DNA of 64,000 nt from positions 1 to 64,000 of the forward strand of contig CAWDGJ010000009.1 of the NCBI GenBank assembly GCA_963801815.1. The letters are read 5' to 3'. Position 1 is the first letter of the stretch. Every line of letters begins with the position of its first letter. The notes under the pieces were generated by a model, which saw nothing but the letters and a program-made list of their open reading frames with translations, made no database searches and was not told the origin of the DNA. The position numbers and the translations under genes are program-made. This DNA comes from an uncultured Verrucomicrobiae bacterium (GTDB lineage Bacteria > Verrucomicrobiota > Verrucomicrobiia > Chthoniobacterales > UBA10450). Positions 41,770-52,580 of the stretch are shown here, piece by piece.

Positions 41770-41952
41770 GTGACCAGCCTTCGCTAGCGCTACGGCTCGG
41801 CAAGCGAGTGACGAGTTGCTGTGGTGGCAGGCGTCCTCGCCTGCAGTCTGAATCTCAGAAGAAATGACTCGCAGCCGGGACGGCTGCCTCCACAGAAGAT
41901 AAGCGGGCGGTTGATCCCAATTGCCATCGCGGTTCGGTGAACCGCCGCTACC
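41770..41952. repeat. Cluster of REP-like palindromes
   Basis: TGTGGTGGCAGGCG..CGCCTGC / GCAGCCG..CGGCTGCCTCCACA doublet; GCGGTTCGGTGAACCGC hairpin. Confidence 0.65.
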
Positions 41953-42016
41953 TCTCGTCGGGCGATGTCCTCGCTTGATGTAAGACAAGCGATTGCGCAC
42001 TATTCGCTCCACTGAC

Positions 42017-44398
42017 ATGGCCCCCGAGGTCAAAAAAGACATCGAGCTCGAGATCGCGCACGTCCTTTTTATCGACATCGTTGGTTACTCGAAACTCTCC
42101 ACCGACGAACAACACGCCAGACTCGCTGAGCTGAACCAAATCGTTCGCGATTCCGAGCAATTCCAAAAAGCTCAAGCGGACAATCGTCTTTTGAAAATTC
42201 CTACCGGCGATGGGATGGCGCTAGTTTTCTACAAGAGTCCTGAAGAACCCGCCCAGTGTGCATTTGAAATCAGTCGCGCATTAAGAGAACACCCGCGTCT
42301 GCAAATCCGCATGGGCATTCACAGTGGACCGGTCAGCGGGGTGGTGGACGTGACCGAGCGAATGAATGTCGCGGGAGCTGGAATCAACATGGCGCAACGG
42401 GTGATGGATTGCGGCGACGCCGGCCACATCATGCTCTCCAAACATGTTGCCGACGATCTGGAAGCATACGAACGATGGCGACCGCTTCTGCATGAGCTTG
42501 GCCAGTGCGAAGTAAAACACAGCGTCCGCGTTCATGTAACAAACCTCTACTCGGATGAAATTGGTAATCCGCAGCTGCCGAAAAAGTTTCAAGACCTAAA
42601 GAAACGTCGGGCCCGGGTGCGCTGGGTGAAAGCGGCGATTGGGCTGGTGGTGCTCGTCGGAGTTGTCGCCGGCGCATTTTTCTTTGGTTTACGCAAACCG
42701 ACACGCTCGGCCTTTAGCGCTGTCGGGAAAAGTATCGCCGTGCTGCCATTTGAGAATCGAAGCGAGGAAAAACAGAACGAATACTTCGCCGATGGGGTGC
42801 AGGATGAAATCCTCACGGACCTGGCGAGGATCGCTGACTTGAAAGTGATCAGCCGCACGTCGGTAATGCAGTACAAAACCGCCGTTGCGCGCAATCTGCG
42901 GGAGATCGCGCAGCAACTTGGAGTCGCGAACGTGTTAGAAGGAAGCGTTCAGCGCCTGGGCAATCGCGTGCGCGTTAATGCGCAGTTGATCGACGCGCGC
43001 ACCGATACACATCTGTGGGCGCAGACCTACGACCGCGACCTTGCGGACGTCTTTGCCATTCAGAGCGAGATTGCCAAGACAATTGCCGACCAGTTGCAGG
43101 CCAAGCTCTCACCAGCTGAGAAGACTGCGATTGAGCAAAAGCCAACCACCGACCTGATCGCATTCAATCTTTATAGCCAGGCGAAGTCACTCATCCTAAA
43201 GGGAGGGTTCAGCGCGACTGCCGACGTGGAGCTTCGCAAAGCAATTGAGCTCCTGGATGAGGCGGTGAAACGCGACCCCTCATTCTTTGACGCTTATTGC
43301 CAGCGAGCTTACGCGTACGAATTGCTCTACGCGTCGGACCTCGCTGATCATACTCCGGAACGATTAGCGCTCATTGAGGCTGATCTCCAATCCGCGGCGC
43401 GGCTGCGACCGGATGCTGGCGAAACGCACTTAGCGCGGGCACAATATCTGTATTACGGACGATCCGACTATGCCGGGGCGCTGACCGAATTGCAAAATGC
43501 CCGCCGAACGTTGCCGAACGATGCGCGTATCTTCGAGCTGACTGGCTACGCTTTGCGCCGGCAAGGCCAATTTCAGGAAGGGCTGCGCCAGCTCCAGCGC
43601 GCAGCGGAGCTGGACCCGCACAACCTGAATATTCTGGGATCAATCGCGATCAGTTACGAACTCATCCCGCGCTATGCTGACGCAATCGCTGCGCTGGATC
43701 GCTCGCTCAACATTGCACCCGACCAAATCGACGTGCGCGCTAATCGTGGACTCTATTACATCTGCTGGAAAGCCGACACCCGCCCACTTCATGAAACAAT
43801 TGATACAGTCCTCGCGCAGACGCCGGGCACCGTACCAAGCATCGCGGATCTCTGGTTCAATTGCGCGCTAGCTGAACGCGATCCGACTGCGGCCGAGCGA
43901 GCGCTCGTCGCGATCGGCGACAATTATTGTTGGACCGAAGGCGGGATCGTACTGAGCCGCAGTTTTGGCGAAGGGTTGCTGGCGCGGATGATGAAAGACG
44001 AGGCGAGAGCGCACGCCGCTTTTACCAAGGCTCGACTTGAACAAGAAAAAAGCGTGCAAGCGCATCCCGATTCCGGAGCGCTGCTTTGCGTCCTCGCCAT
44101 GATTGACGCAGGCCTTCAACGCAACGAGCTAGCCCTCGAAGAAGGCCGCCGGGCAATCGCGCTTACGCCGGTGGACAAAGACCTGCTCAGGGGCAGCCGC
44201 ATCGTTCAATATTTCGCGATCACAGCAGCATGGGCGGGTGACAAGGAGTTAGCCCTGCAGCAGCTGGAGACTGGATTTCGCGCTCCCGAGGCGTCGCTCA
44301 TGCTGAGCTACGGTGCACTAAAGCTGCACCCCTTCTGGGACCCGCTCCGCGGCGACCCGCGCTTCGAAAAAATCGTTCAGTCGCTCGCGCCGAAGTAG
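42017..44398 (+). CDS. Class III cyclase-like domain + TM + TolB-N-like + TPR protein
   Basis: LFIDIVGYS, TGDGM, SIAVLPFEN, TPR repeats and WDPLRGDPRF end. Confidence 0.85.
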   Translation: MAPEVKKDIELEIAHVLFIDIVGYSKLSTDEQHARLAELNQIVRDSEQFQKAQADNRLLKIPTGDGMALVFYKSPEEPAQCAFEISRALREHPRLQIRMGIHSGPVSGVVDVTERMNVAGAGINMAQRVMDCGDAGHIMLSKHVADDLEAYERWRPLLHELGQCEVKHSVRVHVTNLYSDEIGNPQLPKKFQDLKKRRARVRWVKAAIGLVVLVGVVAGAFFFGLRKPTRSAFSAVGKSIAVLPFENRSEEKQNEYFADGVQDEILTDLARIADLKVISRTSVMQYKTAVARNLREIAQQLGVANVLEGSVQRLGNRVRVNAQLIDARTDTHLWAQTYDRDLADVFAIQSEIAKTIADQLQAKLSPAEKTAIEQKPTTDLIAFNLYSQAKSLILKGGFSATADVELRKAIELLDEAVKRDPSFFDAYCQRAYAYELLYASDLADHTPERLALIEADLQSAARLRPDAGETHLARAQYLYYGRSDYAGALTELQNARRTLPNDARIFELTGYALRRQGQFQEGLRQLQRAAELDPHNLNILGSIAISYELIPRYADAIAALDRSLNIAPDQIDVRANRGLYYICWKADTRPLHETIDTVLAQTPGTVPSIADLWFNCALAERDPTAAERALVAIGDNYCWTEGGIVLSRSFGEGLLARMMKDEARAHAAFTKARLEQEKSVQAHPDSGALLCVLAMIDAGLQRNELALEEGRRAIALTPVDKDLLRGSRIVQYFAITAAWAGDKELALQQLETGFRAPEASLMLSYGALKLHPFWDPLRGDPRFEKIVQSLAPK

Positions 44399-44410
44399 AA
44401 ACCCAAGCGT

Positions 44411-44474
44411 TGTAGCGGTGCTTGTGCCAAGCACCGAACTTCATAAATAGGCGCTTGGCACAAGCGCCCCTACA
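44411..44474. repeat. GTAG-type REP doublet
   Basis: TGTAGCGGTGCTTGTGCCAAGCACC ... GGCGCTTGGCACAAGCGCCCCTACA. Confidence 0.75.
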
Positions 44475-44556
44475 ACAAGAGCCAACCTTGCGACGGGGGG
44501 TTGTCGATCTTATATTTAGAACACGCGCGGAAAGCGCGGAATCGCGGAGGTAATTT

Positions 44557-45696
44557 ATGGCAACAACCATTGCTGCTCCAAAAAAGAAAGGCGCTCCGGC
44601 CGCGCAGGAAGATTTTCTGCCGCTCGAGGGCACGGATCACATCGAGTTTTATGTCGGCAACGCCAAACAGGCGGCCCATTATTATAAGAGCGTTTTCGGT
44701 TTCCAAAGTCTGGCTTACAGCGGTCCGGAAACTGGCGTCCGGGATCGCGCGAGCTACGCGATTCGCCAAAACAAACTTACGTTTGTCCTTACGACTCCGC
44801 TCAAGATCGACAATCCCATTGCCGATCATGTGGCCAAGCATGGCGACGGAGTGAAAGCGATCGCGCTCAAAGTAAAAGACGCGACCTCGGCCTGGAAGGA
44901 AACAACCAAACGCGGCGGCAAAAGTTATCTCGAACCAAAAACGTTGAAGGACGATCACGGCAAAGTCGTGATCAGTGGCATTCACACTTACGGTGAAGTC
45001 GTGCACTTGTTCGTCGAGCGCGATGATTACACCGGGCCGTTCATGCCGGGATTCGAAAAATGGGATCCCGGTTTTGAAACCAAAGAGATCGGTTTGCTCT
45101 ATTGCGACCATTGCGTTGGCAACGTCGGTTGGAACCAGATGAACCCGTGGGTGAAATTTTACGAAGACGTGATGGGCTTCCGAAATATTCTGAGTTTCGA
45201 CGACAAAGACATTTCGACCGAGTACTCGGCGCTGATGAGCAAGGTGATGAGCAATGGAAACGGTTTCGTGAAGTTTCCGATCAACGAGCCGGCCGAGGGC
45301 AAAAAGAAATCGCAAGTGGAAGAATATCTCGATTTTTACAATGGCGAAGGCGTGCAGCACGTCGCCATCGCGACCAAGAACATTGTCGTAACAGTGGAGG
45401 AATTGCAGCGACGCGGGCTTCAATTCCTGAATATCCCATCGACTTACTACGATGAATTGCCCGCTCGCGTTGGTCACATCGATGAGGATCTCGAGCCGTT
45501 AAAGCGACTCGGCATTCTGGTCGATCGCGACGACGAAGGTTATCTGCTGCAAATTTTCACTAAACCGGTGGAAGATCGGCCGACGTTGTTTTTCGAAATC
45601 ATTCAGCGCAAAGGCGCGAAAAGTTTCGGCAAGGGAAATTTCAAAGCTCTGTTTGAAGCGTTGGAAAAGGAACAGGAACGCAGGGGTAATTTATGA
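44557..45696 (+). CDS. hppD: 4-hydroxyphenylpyruvate dioxygenase
   Basis: DHCVGNV, GVQHVA, LLQIFT and FGKGNFKALF. Confidence 0.95.
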   Translation: MATTIAAPKKKGAPAAQEDFLPLEGTDHIEFYVGNAKQAAHYYKSVFGFQSLAYSGPETGVRDRASYAIRQNKLTFVLTTPLKIDNPIADHVAKHGDGVKAIALKVKDATSAWKETTKRGGKSYLEPKTLKDDHGKVVISGIHTYGEVVHLFVERDDYTGPFMPGFEKWDPGFETKEIGLLYCDHCVGNVGWNQMNPWVKFYEDVMGFRNILSFDDKDISTEYSALMSKVMSNGNGFVKFPINEPAEGKKKSQVEEYLDFYNGEGVQHVAIATKNIVVTVEELQRRGLQFLNIPSTYYDELPARVGHIDEDLEPLKRLGILVDRDDEGYLLQIFTKPVEDRPTLFFEIIQRKGAKSFGKGNFKALFEALEKEQERRGNL

Positions 45697-45720
45697 ACGT
45701 ATCGCCGTCGCGAAGCGGAA

Positions 45721-45776
45721 TTGTAGGGCAAGCGCCTCGCTTGCCGAGGTTGGCAGGCGGAGCGCCTGCCCTACAA
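45721..45776. repeat. GTAG-type REP doublet
   Basis: TTGTAGGGCAAGCG..CGCTTGCC ... GGCAGGCG..CGCCTGCCCTACAA. Confidence 0.75.
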
Positions 45777-45794
45777 GAATCGAGGAGGTAGATC

Positions 45795-46979
45795 ATGCCG
45801 TATTACCAAAGACTTGGCGAAATGCCGAGAAAGCATCACATCTGGTTTCATCGCAACGGTCAGGGACCGGGTTACAAGAACGAGGGAATTTACTACGAAC
45901 ACGTCGTTACGACCGAAGGGTTCAACGAAGCGTTCTCAATCATGTACCATCTGCGTCCGCCGACGCGCGTGCGGAGCGTGAAGCTGCTCAAATGCGAGGA
46001 GCTCAAGAAAGCGGCCGAGAGTCCACTGCGTCATCATCATTTGAAAACGGCGAACCTGCCACGACGCGGCGATCTCTACAGCGGTCGCGTTCCGATCTTG
46101 TTCAATCAAGACATGACTGCGTGGCGTTGCCGCCCCGAAAAGGACTACGGGCAATTTCAATATTACAAAAACGGTGGCGCCGATGAGATTATCTTCATTT
46201 TCAAGGGCGCCGGCACGATTGAATCGGTTTTCGGCAAGCAACGTTACCGCACGGAGGATTACATCGTGATTCCGCGCGGAATCACTTACCGCCTGGTTCC
46301 GGACAAAGTTGAGGAGGAAGATTATCTCATTCTCGAATCCACAGGGCCCGTGCGAATTCCGAAGCGCTATCTAAATAGCGAAGGCCAAATCAAAATGGGC
46401 TCGCCGTATTCCGAGCGCGATTTTCACGGCCCGACCGAGTTGAACGTGATCGATGAAGACAAGGACACTGAAATTCTCGTGAAAGACGGTCCGCGCTGGA
46501 CGTGCGTGACGATGGCGCACAACCCATTCGATGTCGTCGGCTGGGACGGCTACGTCTATCCATTCACATTCAACGCGCAGGATTTCGAACCGATCACCGG
46601 CACGGTCCATCAACCGCCGCCGATCCATCAAACCTTCGAAATCCGCGGTTACGTCGTTTGCACGTTTGCACCGCGTTATCTCGATCTCCATCCCGAGGCG
46701 GTGAAAATTCCGTGGGTGCACGACAACGTCGAAGCAGACGAAGTTTTGTTCTACGTGCGTGGAAATTTCGGATCGCGCAAAGGAATCGAGCCGGCGTCGA
46801 TCACGTTGCATCCACGTGGGATTCCGCACGGCCCTCATCCGGGAACGATCATGGCGAGCAAGGACGCCACGCGCACCGAAGAACTCGCGGTGATGTTCGA
46901 CACTCAACACACGCTTGAGTTAACCGAAGCGGCCGTCGCGATGGATGACGAGAAATATCCGCTGAGCTGGCTCGACTAG
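45795..46979 (+). CDS. hmgA: Homogentisate 1,2-dioxygenase
   Basis: [24 protein letters not shown] and HGPHPG; follows hppD. Confidence 0.88.
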   Translation: MPYYQRLGEMPRKHHIWFHRNGQGPGYKNEGIYYEHVVTTEGFNEAFSIMYHLRPPTRVRSVKLLKCEELKKAAESPLRHHHLKTANLPRRGDLYSGRVPILFNQDMTAWRCRPEKDYGQFQYYKNGGADEIIFIFKGAGTIESVFGKQRYRTEDYIVIPRGITYRLVPDKVEEEDYLILESTGPVRIPKRYLNSEGQIKMGSPYSERDFHGPTELNVIDEDKDTEILVKDGPRWTCVTMAHNPFDVVGWDGYVYPFTFNAQDFEPITGTVHQPPPIHQTFEIRGYVVCTFAPRYLDLHPEAVKIPWVHDNVEADEVLFYVRGNFGSRKGIEPASITLHPRGIPHGPHPGTIMASKDATRTEELAVMFDTQHTLELTEAAVAMDDEKYPLSWLD

Positions 46980-46980
46980 G

Positions 46981-47616
46981 GTGAATTCATCAGGCAACGG
47001 CGAAACTGAATTGCAGGCGGCGGAGCGCCGGCTCAGCAAAATACCGCGTTGCGGCGCCGCCCGTATCGCAAAGCTCGAGGAATCATATCTGGCATTGCTC
47101 GAAGCCATCGGCGAGGATCCGCAGCGCGAAGGATTGCTAAGAACGCCAAAGCGTGCGGCCAAGGCGTTCGAGTTTCTAACCAATGGATACCGCCAGGATC
47201 TGGATAAGATCGTTAATAGCGCAATCTTCAGCTCCGACGCGAGTGAGATCATTTTGGTCAAGGACATTGAGCTTTACTCGATGTGCGAGCATCATCTCCT
47301 TCCTTTCATCGGTCGCGCCCACGTCGCCTACATCCCAAACGGAAAGGTGATCGGTCTGTCCAAAGTTGCGCGAATCGTTGATGTCTTCGCTCGGCGCCTG
47401 CAAATCCAGGAACAGCTGACTGTCCAAATCGCGGACGCGCTCATGAAAACGCTTCACCCGGCCGGGGTCGGCGTGGTCGTCGAGGCGAAGCATCTCTGCA
47501 TGATGATGCGCGGCGTGGAAAAGCAGAACTCGGTTATGAAAACGTCCTGCCTGCTCGGGTCGTTCAAGGAAGACGCCCGCACGCGCTCCGAATTTCTGGC
47601 GTTGTTGAAAGAATAG
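46981..47616 (+). CDS. folE: GTP cyclohydrolase I
   Basis: [23 protein letters not shown] and HLCMMMRG. Confidence 0.95.
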   Translation: MNSSGNGETELQAAERRLSKIPRCGAARIAKLEESYLALLEAIGEDPQREGLLRTPKRAAKAFEFLTNGYRQDLDKIVNSAIFSSDASEIILVKDIELYSMCEHHLLPFIGRAHVAYIPNGKVIGLSKVARIVDVFARRLQIQEQLTVQIADALMKTLHPAGVGVVVEAKHLCMMMRGVEKQNSVMKTSCLLGSFKEDARTRSEFLALLKE

Positions 47617-47635
47617 GCACGTTAATCGAGTCGGC

Positions 47636-47688
47636 TGTAGGGAAAGCAGTTTGCTTCGCGAAGAGGGACGCTAGCAGCGTCCCCTACA
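47636..47688. repeat. GTAG-type REP doublet
   Basis: TGTAGGGAAAGC... / GGGACGCTAGCAGCGTCCCCTACA. Confidence 0.7.
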
Positions 47689-47726
47689 AAGGCTTGCACG
47701 ATTAGCTTCACCGTGTTTGCTCTCTA

Positions 47727-48938
47727 ATGCTTCTGACGGTTAGCAAACGGCTCGAATTTTCGGCCTCGCGCCGACTATTCGTTTCGCGCTGGAGCGAGAG
47801 CGAAAACGTCGCGGCCTTTGGTGACGAAAGTCGCGCGAAACACGGAACCGGACGCAATTACGTTGCGTTTTTTGTTTTCAGCGGACGCGTCGACCCTGTG
47901 ACCGGGATGCTGATTAACATCAGCGAGATAAAACACCGCGCGGGCGAGATCGTGGACGATCGTTTTGATCACAAGTTTCTGAATGAGGACAATCCAGCGT
48001 TTCGTCCGGCAGCTGCCGGACCGCCGACCGCCGAGAACATCGCCCGTCAGCTTTTCAACGACGTCGCGCCGCTGTTCTCCGATGTGGATGCAAAGCTCGT
48101 CGCGGTTCATTTGATCGAATCGCCGGACCGTAGTGCAACGTTTTACGTCGATGGCGTGTGCGACTCCAATTACTGGTTCGAATTTTCGGCCGCGCGCCAA
48201 ACCATGTCGCCACGTTTAACCACCGCCGAAAACGCGCAAATCTTCGGCGAATCCACCACCGTGCATGGTCACAACTACCGGACGCGCCTCACGTTTCGGA
48301 AAGAAAAGGCGGAGACCCCAATCGTCCATCAACGGGACGTCGATTTTTGTCGCAAATCGCTGCACGATGAACTCGATCACCGGTTTCTCAACCAGCTGCC
48401 ATCATTGAAGGACCGGCCGATCACAACGGAGAGCCTCGGTCTTTACATCCGCGAACGAGTCGCTGCGACGCTGCCGATTCATCGCCTACGTTTGCACGAG
48501 CGCGACGATTTCTTTTCTGAAGTCTGGCCGGACCAGAATGTTTTTCTGGGATTGCAGACGCGTTTCAGCGCCGCCCACCGATTACATGTCCCATCGTTTT
48601 CCGATGCAAAGAACCAGGAGTTATTTGGCAAATGCGACAATCCGCGCGGTCACGGTCATCTCTACCTCGCCGAAGCGACGATCGGTGGAAACTACGACGA
48701 ACGAACCGGAACGGTCTACGATTTTGTCTCTTTTCAGAAAGCGCTGCATGATTCTGTCGAACCGTGGAAGGACCGGCATCTCGACTTGGAAACCGAGGAG
48801 TTCCGTGCAATCTCGTCCACCGGAGAAAATATTGTCCGCGCGCTCTGGCCGAAGATCGACAACCGCGTGAACCACCAACTGGCGCGATTGCGTTTGTGGG
48901 AAACGAAGAACAATCGGTTTACCTTGCGAAGAACATGA
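47727..48938 (+). CDS. 6-pyruvoyl-tetrahydropterin synthase family protein with three tandem domains
   Basis: Three repeats starting EFSASRR, EFSAARQ and RFSAAHR, each with DH(K/R)xL(N/D) and a TxE motif. Confidence 0.85.
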   Translation: MLLTVSKRLEFSASRRLFVSRWSESENVAAFGDESRAKHGTGRNYVAFFVFSGRVDPVTGMLINISEIKHRAGEIVDDRFDHKFLNEDNPAFRPAAAGPPTAENIARQLFNDVAPLFSDVDAKLVAVHLIESPDRSATFYVDGVCDSNYWFEFSAARQTMSPRLTTAENAQIFGESTTVHGHNYRTRLTFRKEKAETPIVHQRDVDFCRKSLHDELDHRFLNQLPSLKDRPITTESLGLYIRERVAATLPIHRLRLHERDDFFSEVWPDQNVFLGLQTRFSAAHRLHVPSFSDAKNQELFGKCDNPRGHGHLYLAEATIGGNYDERTGTVYDFVSFQKALHDSVEPWKDRHLDLETEEFRAISSTGENIVRALWPKIDNRVNHQLARLRLWETKNNRFTLRRT

Positions 48939-48942
48939 TTTT

Positions 48943-49002
48943 TGGAGGGACGCGCTCCGTCGCGTCCTTTAGGTTAGGGACATGACGGAGCATGTCCCTC
49001 CA
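48943..49002. repeat. GGAG-type REP doublet
   Basis: TGGAGGGACGCGCTCCGTCGCGTCC ... GGACATGACGGAGCATGTCCCTCCA. Confidence 0.8.
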
Positions 49003-49010
49003 TTGCTGAG

Positions 49011-49703
49011 ATGAAGAGGATTCTCATTACCGGTGCGAGTCGCGGGATCGGCCGCGCAATCGCGGAAAAGCTCGCGGCGCAGGAAGTGACTTTGCTTCTG
49101 CATGGCCGGGACACGATAGCCCTGGCTGAGACTTGCAAAGCCATCCAACCACATTGCGCGAAAGTAGTGAGACTCATCCACGATCTGGCAACCGAAAAAG
49201 GCGTCGCGAACTTGATTTCAGAGGTTGGCAGCGAACCGCTCGATGTTCTGATTAACAATGCCGGCGTCGCCGTAGTAAAACCGTTTCGTGAGATTACTCC
49301 GGAAGAATGGCGGCAAACCTTGGGAGTGAATGTGACTGCGCCGTTTTTGTTGATGCAAAGCCTCGCCGGACAAATGCCGCCGGGATCGAGTATCGTGAAT
49401 ATCCTTTCGGTTGCAGCCAAGACCGCGTTTCCAAACTGGAGCGCGTATTGCATGAGCAAATTTGCGCTCGAAGGGTTCTCTCAATCCGTGCGCGCCGAAC
49501 TGCGCGAGCATTGTGTCCGCGTGATCAACATATATCCGTCAGCAACCAACACTGAGATTTGGGATGATGTCGCAGGCGATTGGCCACGCGAAAAGATGAT
49601 TGCCGCGGAGCAAGTAGCTGACGCGGTTGCCTACGCACTGTCACGTCCAGCCGATGTTGCGGTCGAAAATATTACACTCTCCAACGCCTCCGGAAATCTG
49701 TAA
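49011..49703 (+). CDS. SDR oxidoreductase (candidate pterin reductase)
   Basis: TGASRGIG, NNAG and YCMSK; directly after folE and PTPS. Confidence 0.85.
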   Translation: MKRILITGASRGIGRAIAEKLAAQEVTLLLHGRDTIALAETCKAIQPHCAKVVRLIHDLATEKGVANLISEVGSEPLDVLINNAGVAVVKPFREITPEEWRQTLGVNVTAPFLLMQSLAGQMPPGSSIVNILSVAAKTAFPNWSAYCMSKFALEGFSQSVRAELREHCVRVINIYPSATNTEIWDDVAGDWPREKMIAAEQVADAVAYALSRPADVAVENITLSNASGNL

Positions 49704-49715
49704 GCTGGACGCGAG

Positions 49716-50558
49716 ATGATCTCGCCAAACGACATCACCGTAAACGTGGTCGCTTCGATTATTGCGTCGGCCTTCTTTCTCGTTGCCGGCTTCATCTGGG
49801 GGAAATACAAGGAGCGTCGACGGAAATTTGGACGAAATCTCGAGGACTACGATTTTTATCCATTCACCGTCACACGGGAAAATTTCGGGGAATTCAATCT
49901 GAACAATTTCCGGCTCGGAATGCATTACTTTCTCAAGAACGAGGATCACACCGCCGCGCGGCAATTAATTTTCATTGGCGAGCAAAGCAATGTCCGGGCG
50001 CAGCTTGAACCGACCGAACAGAAGGTTTACGCGCAGTTGTTTGAGAAGTATGACGGCAAGAAGATCATCGATGACACACACGAATTTCTCGAGAACTACG
50101 AACGGATCGTCCGACTCGTCGGTAAATCATTTCCGAACACCGGAATCGAGATTCTACTGCACAACCTGGCCGACCCCGCGCACTCGCTGATTACACTCGA
50201 AAACAATGTCACGGGCCGGCATCTGCGCGACGGAGCGACAAATCTTCTGATCGACTTTAAGCGCCGGCAGCTCACGAATGAGGACAAGCTGAATTACGAG
50301 CTGAATATCGGCTCGCGAAAGTTCAAGTGCACTTCGATTCCAATCAAGCGCAAGGATTTCGGAATAGTCGGCGGGATCTGCATCAACATCGACGCCAACT
50401 ACATCACCGACGAAGTCCTGAAGGATCAGCAACGGATCGAAACCTGGTTTCGGAATTTTCTCCGGACCGACATGCAGCTCGACGAAAATATTCTGAGCAA
50501 AGACGAATACGCCAAGGCGCTGAAGGGAAAGCGCCACTTCAAAGACGAGAGCGTGTGA
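49716..50558 (+). CDS. Membrane-anchored protein with YheO-like PAS domain
   Basis: EILLHNL...ENNVTGR...GGICINID. Confidence 0.65.
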   Translation: MISPNDITVNVVASIIASAFFLVAGFIWGKYKERRRKFGRNLEDYDFYPFTVTRENFGEFNLNNFRLGMHYFLKNEDHTAARQLIFIGEQSNVRAQLEPTEQKVYAQLFEKYDGKKIIDDTHEFLENYERIVRLVGKSFPNTGIEILLHNLADPAHSLITLENNVTGRHLRDGATNLLIDFKRRQLTNEDKLNYELNIGSRKFKCTSIPIKRKDFGIVGGICINIDANYITDEVLKDQQRIETWFRNFLRTDMQLDENILSKDEYAKALKGKRHFKDESV

Positions 50559-50567
50559 TTCTCCGCA

Positions 50568-50627
50568 TGGAGGGACGACCTCCGTGTCGTCCGAAATTTG
50601 TGGGACGTGACGGAGCACGTCCCTCCA
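50568..50627. repeat. GGAG-type REP doublet between convergent genes
   Basis: TGGAGGGACGACCTCCGTGTCGTCC ... GGACGTGACGGAGCACGTCCCTCCA. Confidence 0.8.
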
Positions 50628-50635
50628 AGTGAGGA

Positions 50636-52451
50636 TTACTTCCGCGACGCCGCCAGCGCAGCCTGGTATTCCGGTCTTTTGTGATACTCGACCAGCCGGA
50701 ATCCCCAACCAATTAACGTCGAGAGATCCTTGGTCTTCGTTTTCTTGTCGTTCAGGAATTTCTCGATCTTGGCTTTGAGTGACTTTTGCTCGGACCGATT
50801 CGGGAAGCTAACAGCTTCTCCTACAGGCATCATGTCGAGGATTTCGAAGATTTCCATCGACAACAGCCAGTCTTCCGGATGTTCGGCCTGTTGGGTTTCC
50901 CAAATTTCACCGAGGCGTTCGTAACCCTTCTTGATTTCACGAATCTTACGCACCTGCGCGTAAAGATTCTCCAGCTTCTTCCGCTTTGCGTCGGACGGGA
51001 CTTTGATTGTGCGCTCCTTGGGAACCAGCGCGACCTGATTGTAGGCATCTTTGTCAGCGGCGCCGTTAAACACCGAAGTGATCCGATCGCCAACAGCCAT
51101 GTCGTACGTCCCCCAGCACGGATCGAACAAAACGCGATCGCCATATTTCGCGGTGCAATTTGAGAATGTAATCACCAGCAACTTGCCGTCGCGTTCGAGC
51201 AACTTGTCGACCTTGCCTTCCACGGTGATGCCGCTTCCGAAGTCCAGTTTTGTCTTTTTGCCTGTCTTGATTTCAGTTGGCTTCCAATTGCCGATGGGCG
51301 AACCGAAGCCCTCTTTGTGATAATCGCGGCCGTGTCCTGGTAGCTCTTTGTCTTTGTAAGCAAGCGAGCACGGACCTTTCGCGTGCAAATAAATCGGCGT
51401 CCGAGCCGGACTGGCACTATTGTTTTGATCGACGATGACTTCATCGAAGGTGCCGGTGACTTGCAGTCCCGATGAATACTGGCAGGTCGCGACGTTCGCG
51501 CATTCGACAGCTTTGTTGATCCCTTCGAGACCACCGACCGAATACGCCATTTTGTTCGCGAATTGTTCGAGCACATCCTTGAGATGTTCGAAATCACGAC
51601 AGACAAACAACTGCGGTTGCTTGGTAGTAATGTCGAACGCCTGATTCATCGCGTCGATGGAGTAGGGGATCTTCTTTACATGCGGCTCCAAACAGGAAAC
51701 CGATTCGCCGATCGACGAAAGCAAACCGGCGCCGTAGATCTTCGGATTCTCAAGCGAACCGATGAGCCCGTACTCGACCGTCCACCAATGCAAGCGCGAC
51801 AGCAGCGCCATCTCGGACGGTTCACCGAGATTGGCGAAACGGCGTTCCACTTCGCGCGTGGCCTCCGCGACTTCATTTGCATCGCTGTTCGGCTGTTCCT
51901 TCAAAATCGATAAGTGCCGGATCGCTTGATACAGCTCGAAATCTTTTTTCGACGACATCGCTCTCGCGCCGACTTCGCCGAAACGCTGGAGATAATTTGA
52001 GTATTCGCGATCGACGATAATCGGCGCATGTCCTGCGGCCTCATGCACAATGTCCGGCGCCGGAGTGTATTCGATGTGATGGATCTGGCGCATGTCGCAC
52101 GCGATGACGAGAACTTTGTAGGCCTGAAATTCCATGAATGCGGCCGGCGGAATGAATCCGTCCACCGCGACCGCGCCCCAGCCGATCTTGCCGAGGATTT
52201 CGTTCATTTCCTCGATCCGCGGAATGCGCTCGAACGAAATGCCGGTGTCGAGCAGGCCCTGGAAATAGACTTTGTGGGCGTATTCGCGAAGGAAGAAAAT
52301 GTTCTGCCGCATGATGAACCGCCACACCGCGTGATCGACCGGCGTGTAATCGTCGTAGCGCTGATCGACCGCGAACTGGAGCAAATGTTTCGGACAACTG
52401 GCGACCGCGTGCGTTGTCGTAGCTGATACCGCTCTTGGATTTCATCGACAT
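50636..52451 (-). CDS. phhA: Long-form phenylalanine 4-hydroxylase (5' end probably frameshifted near 52410)
   Basis: YTPAPDIVHEAAGH, WWTVEYGL and YGAGLLSS. Confidence 0.88.
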
Positions 52452-52580
52452 CTTCCTGCCTGATAAAATATGGCGCGTTTGGGCTCGGAGCAAGGTGGAT
52501 CGAGCGCTCCGCGCTCGATGTTAGAGTGAGCAGCAAAGCTGCCAATTATCTATCATCGTCCGACGGAGCGGCCGATCCAC

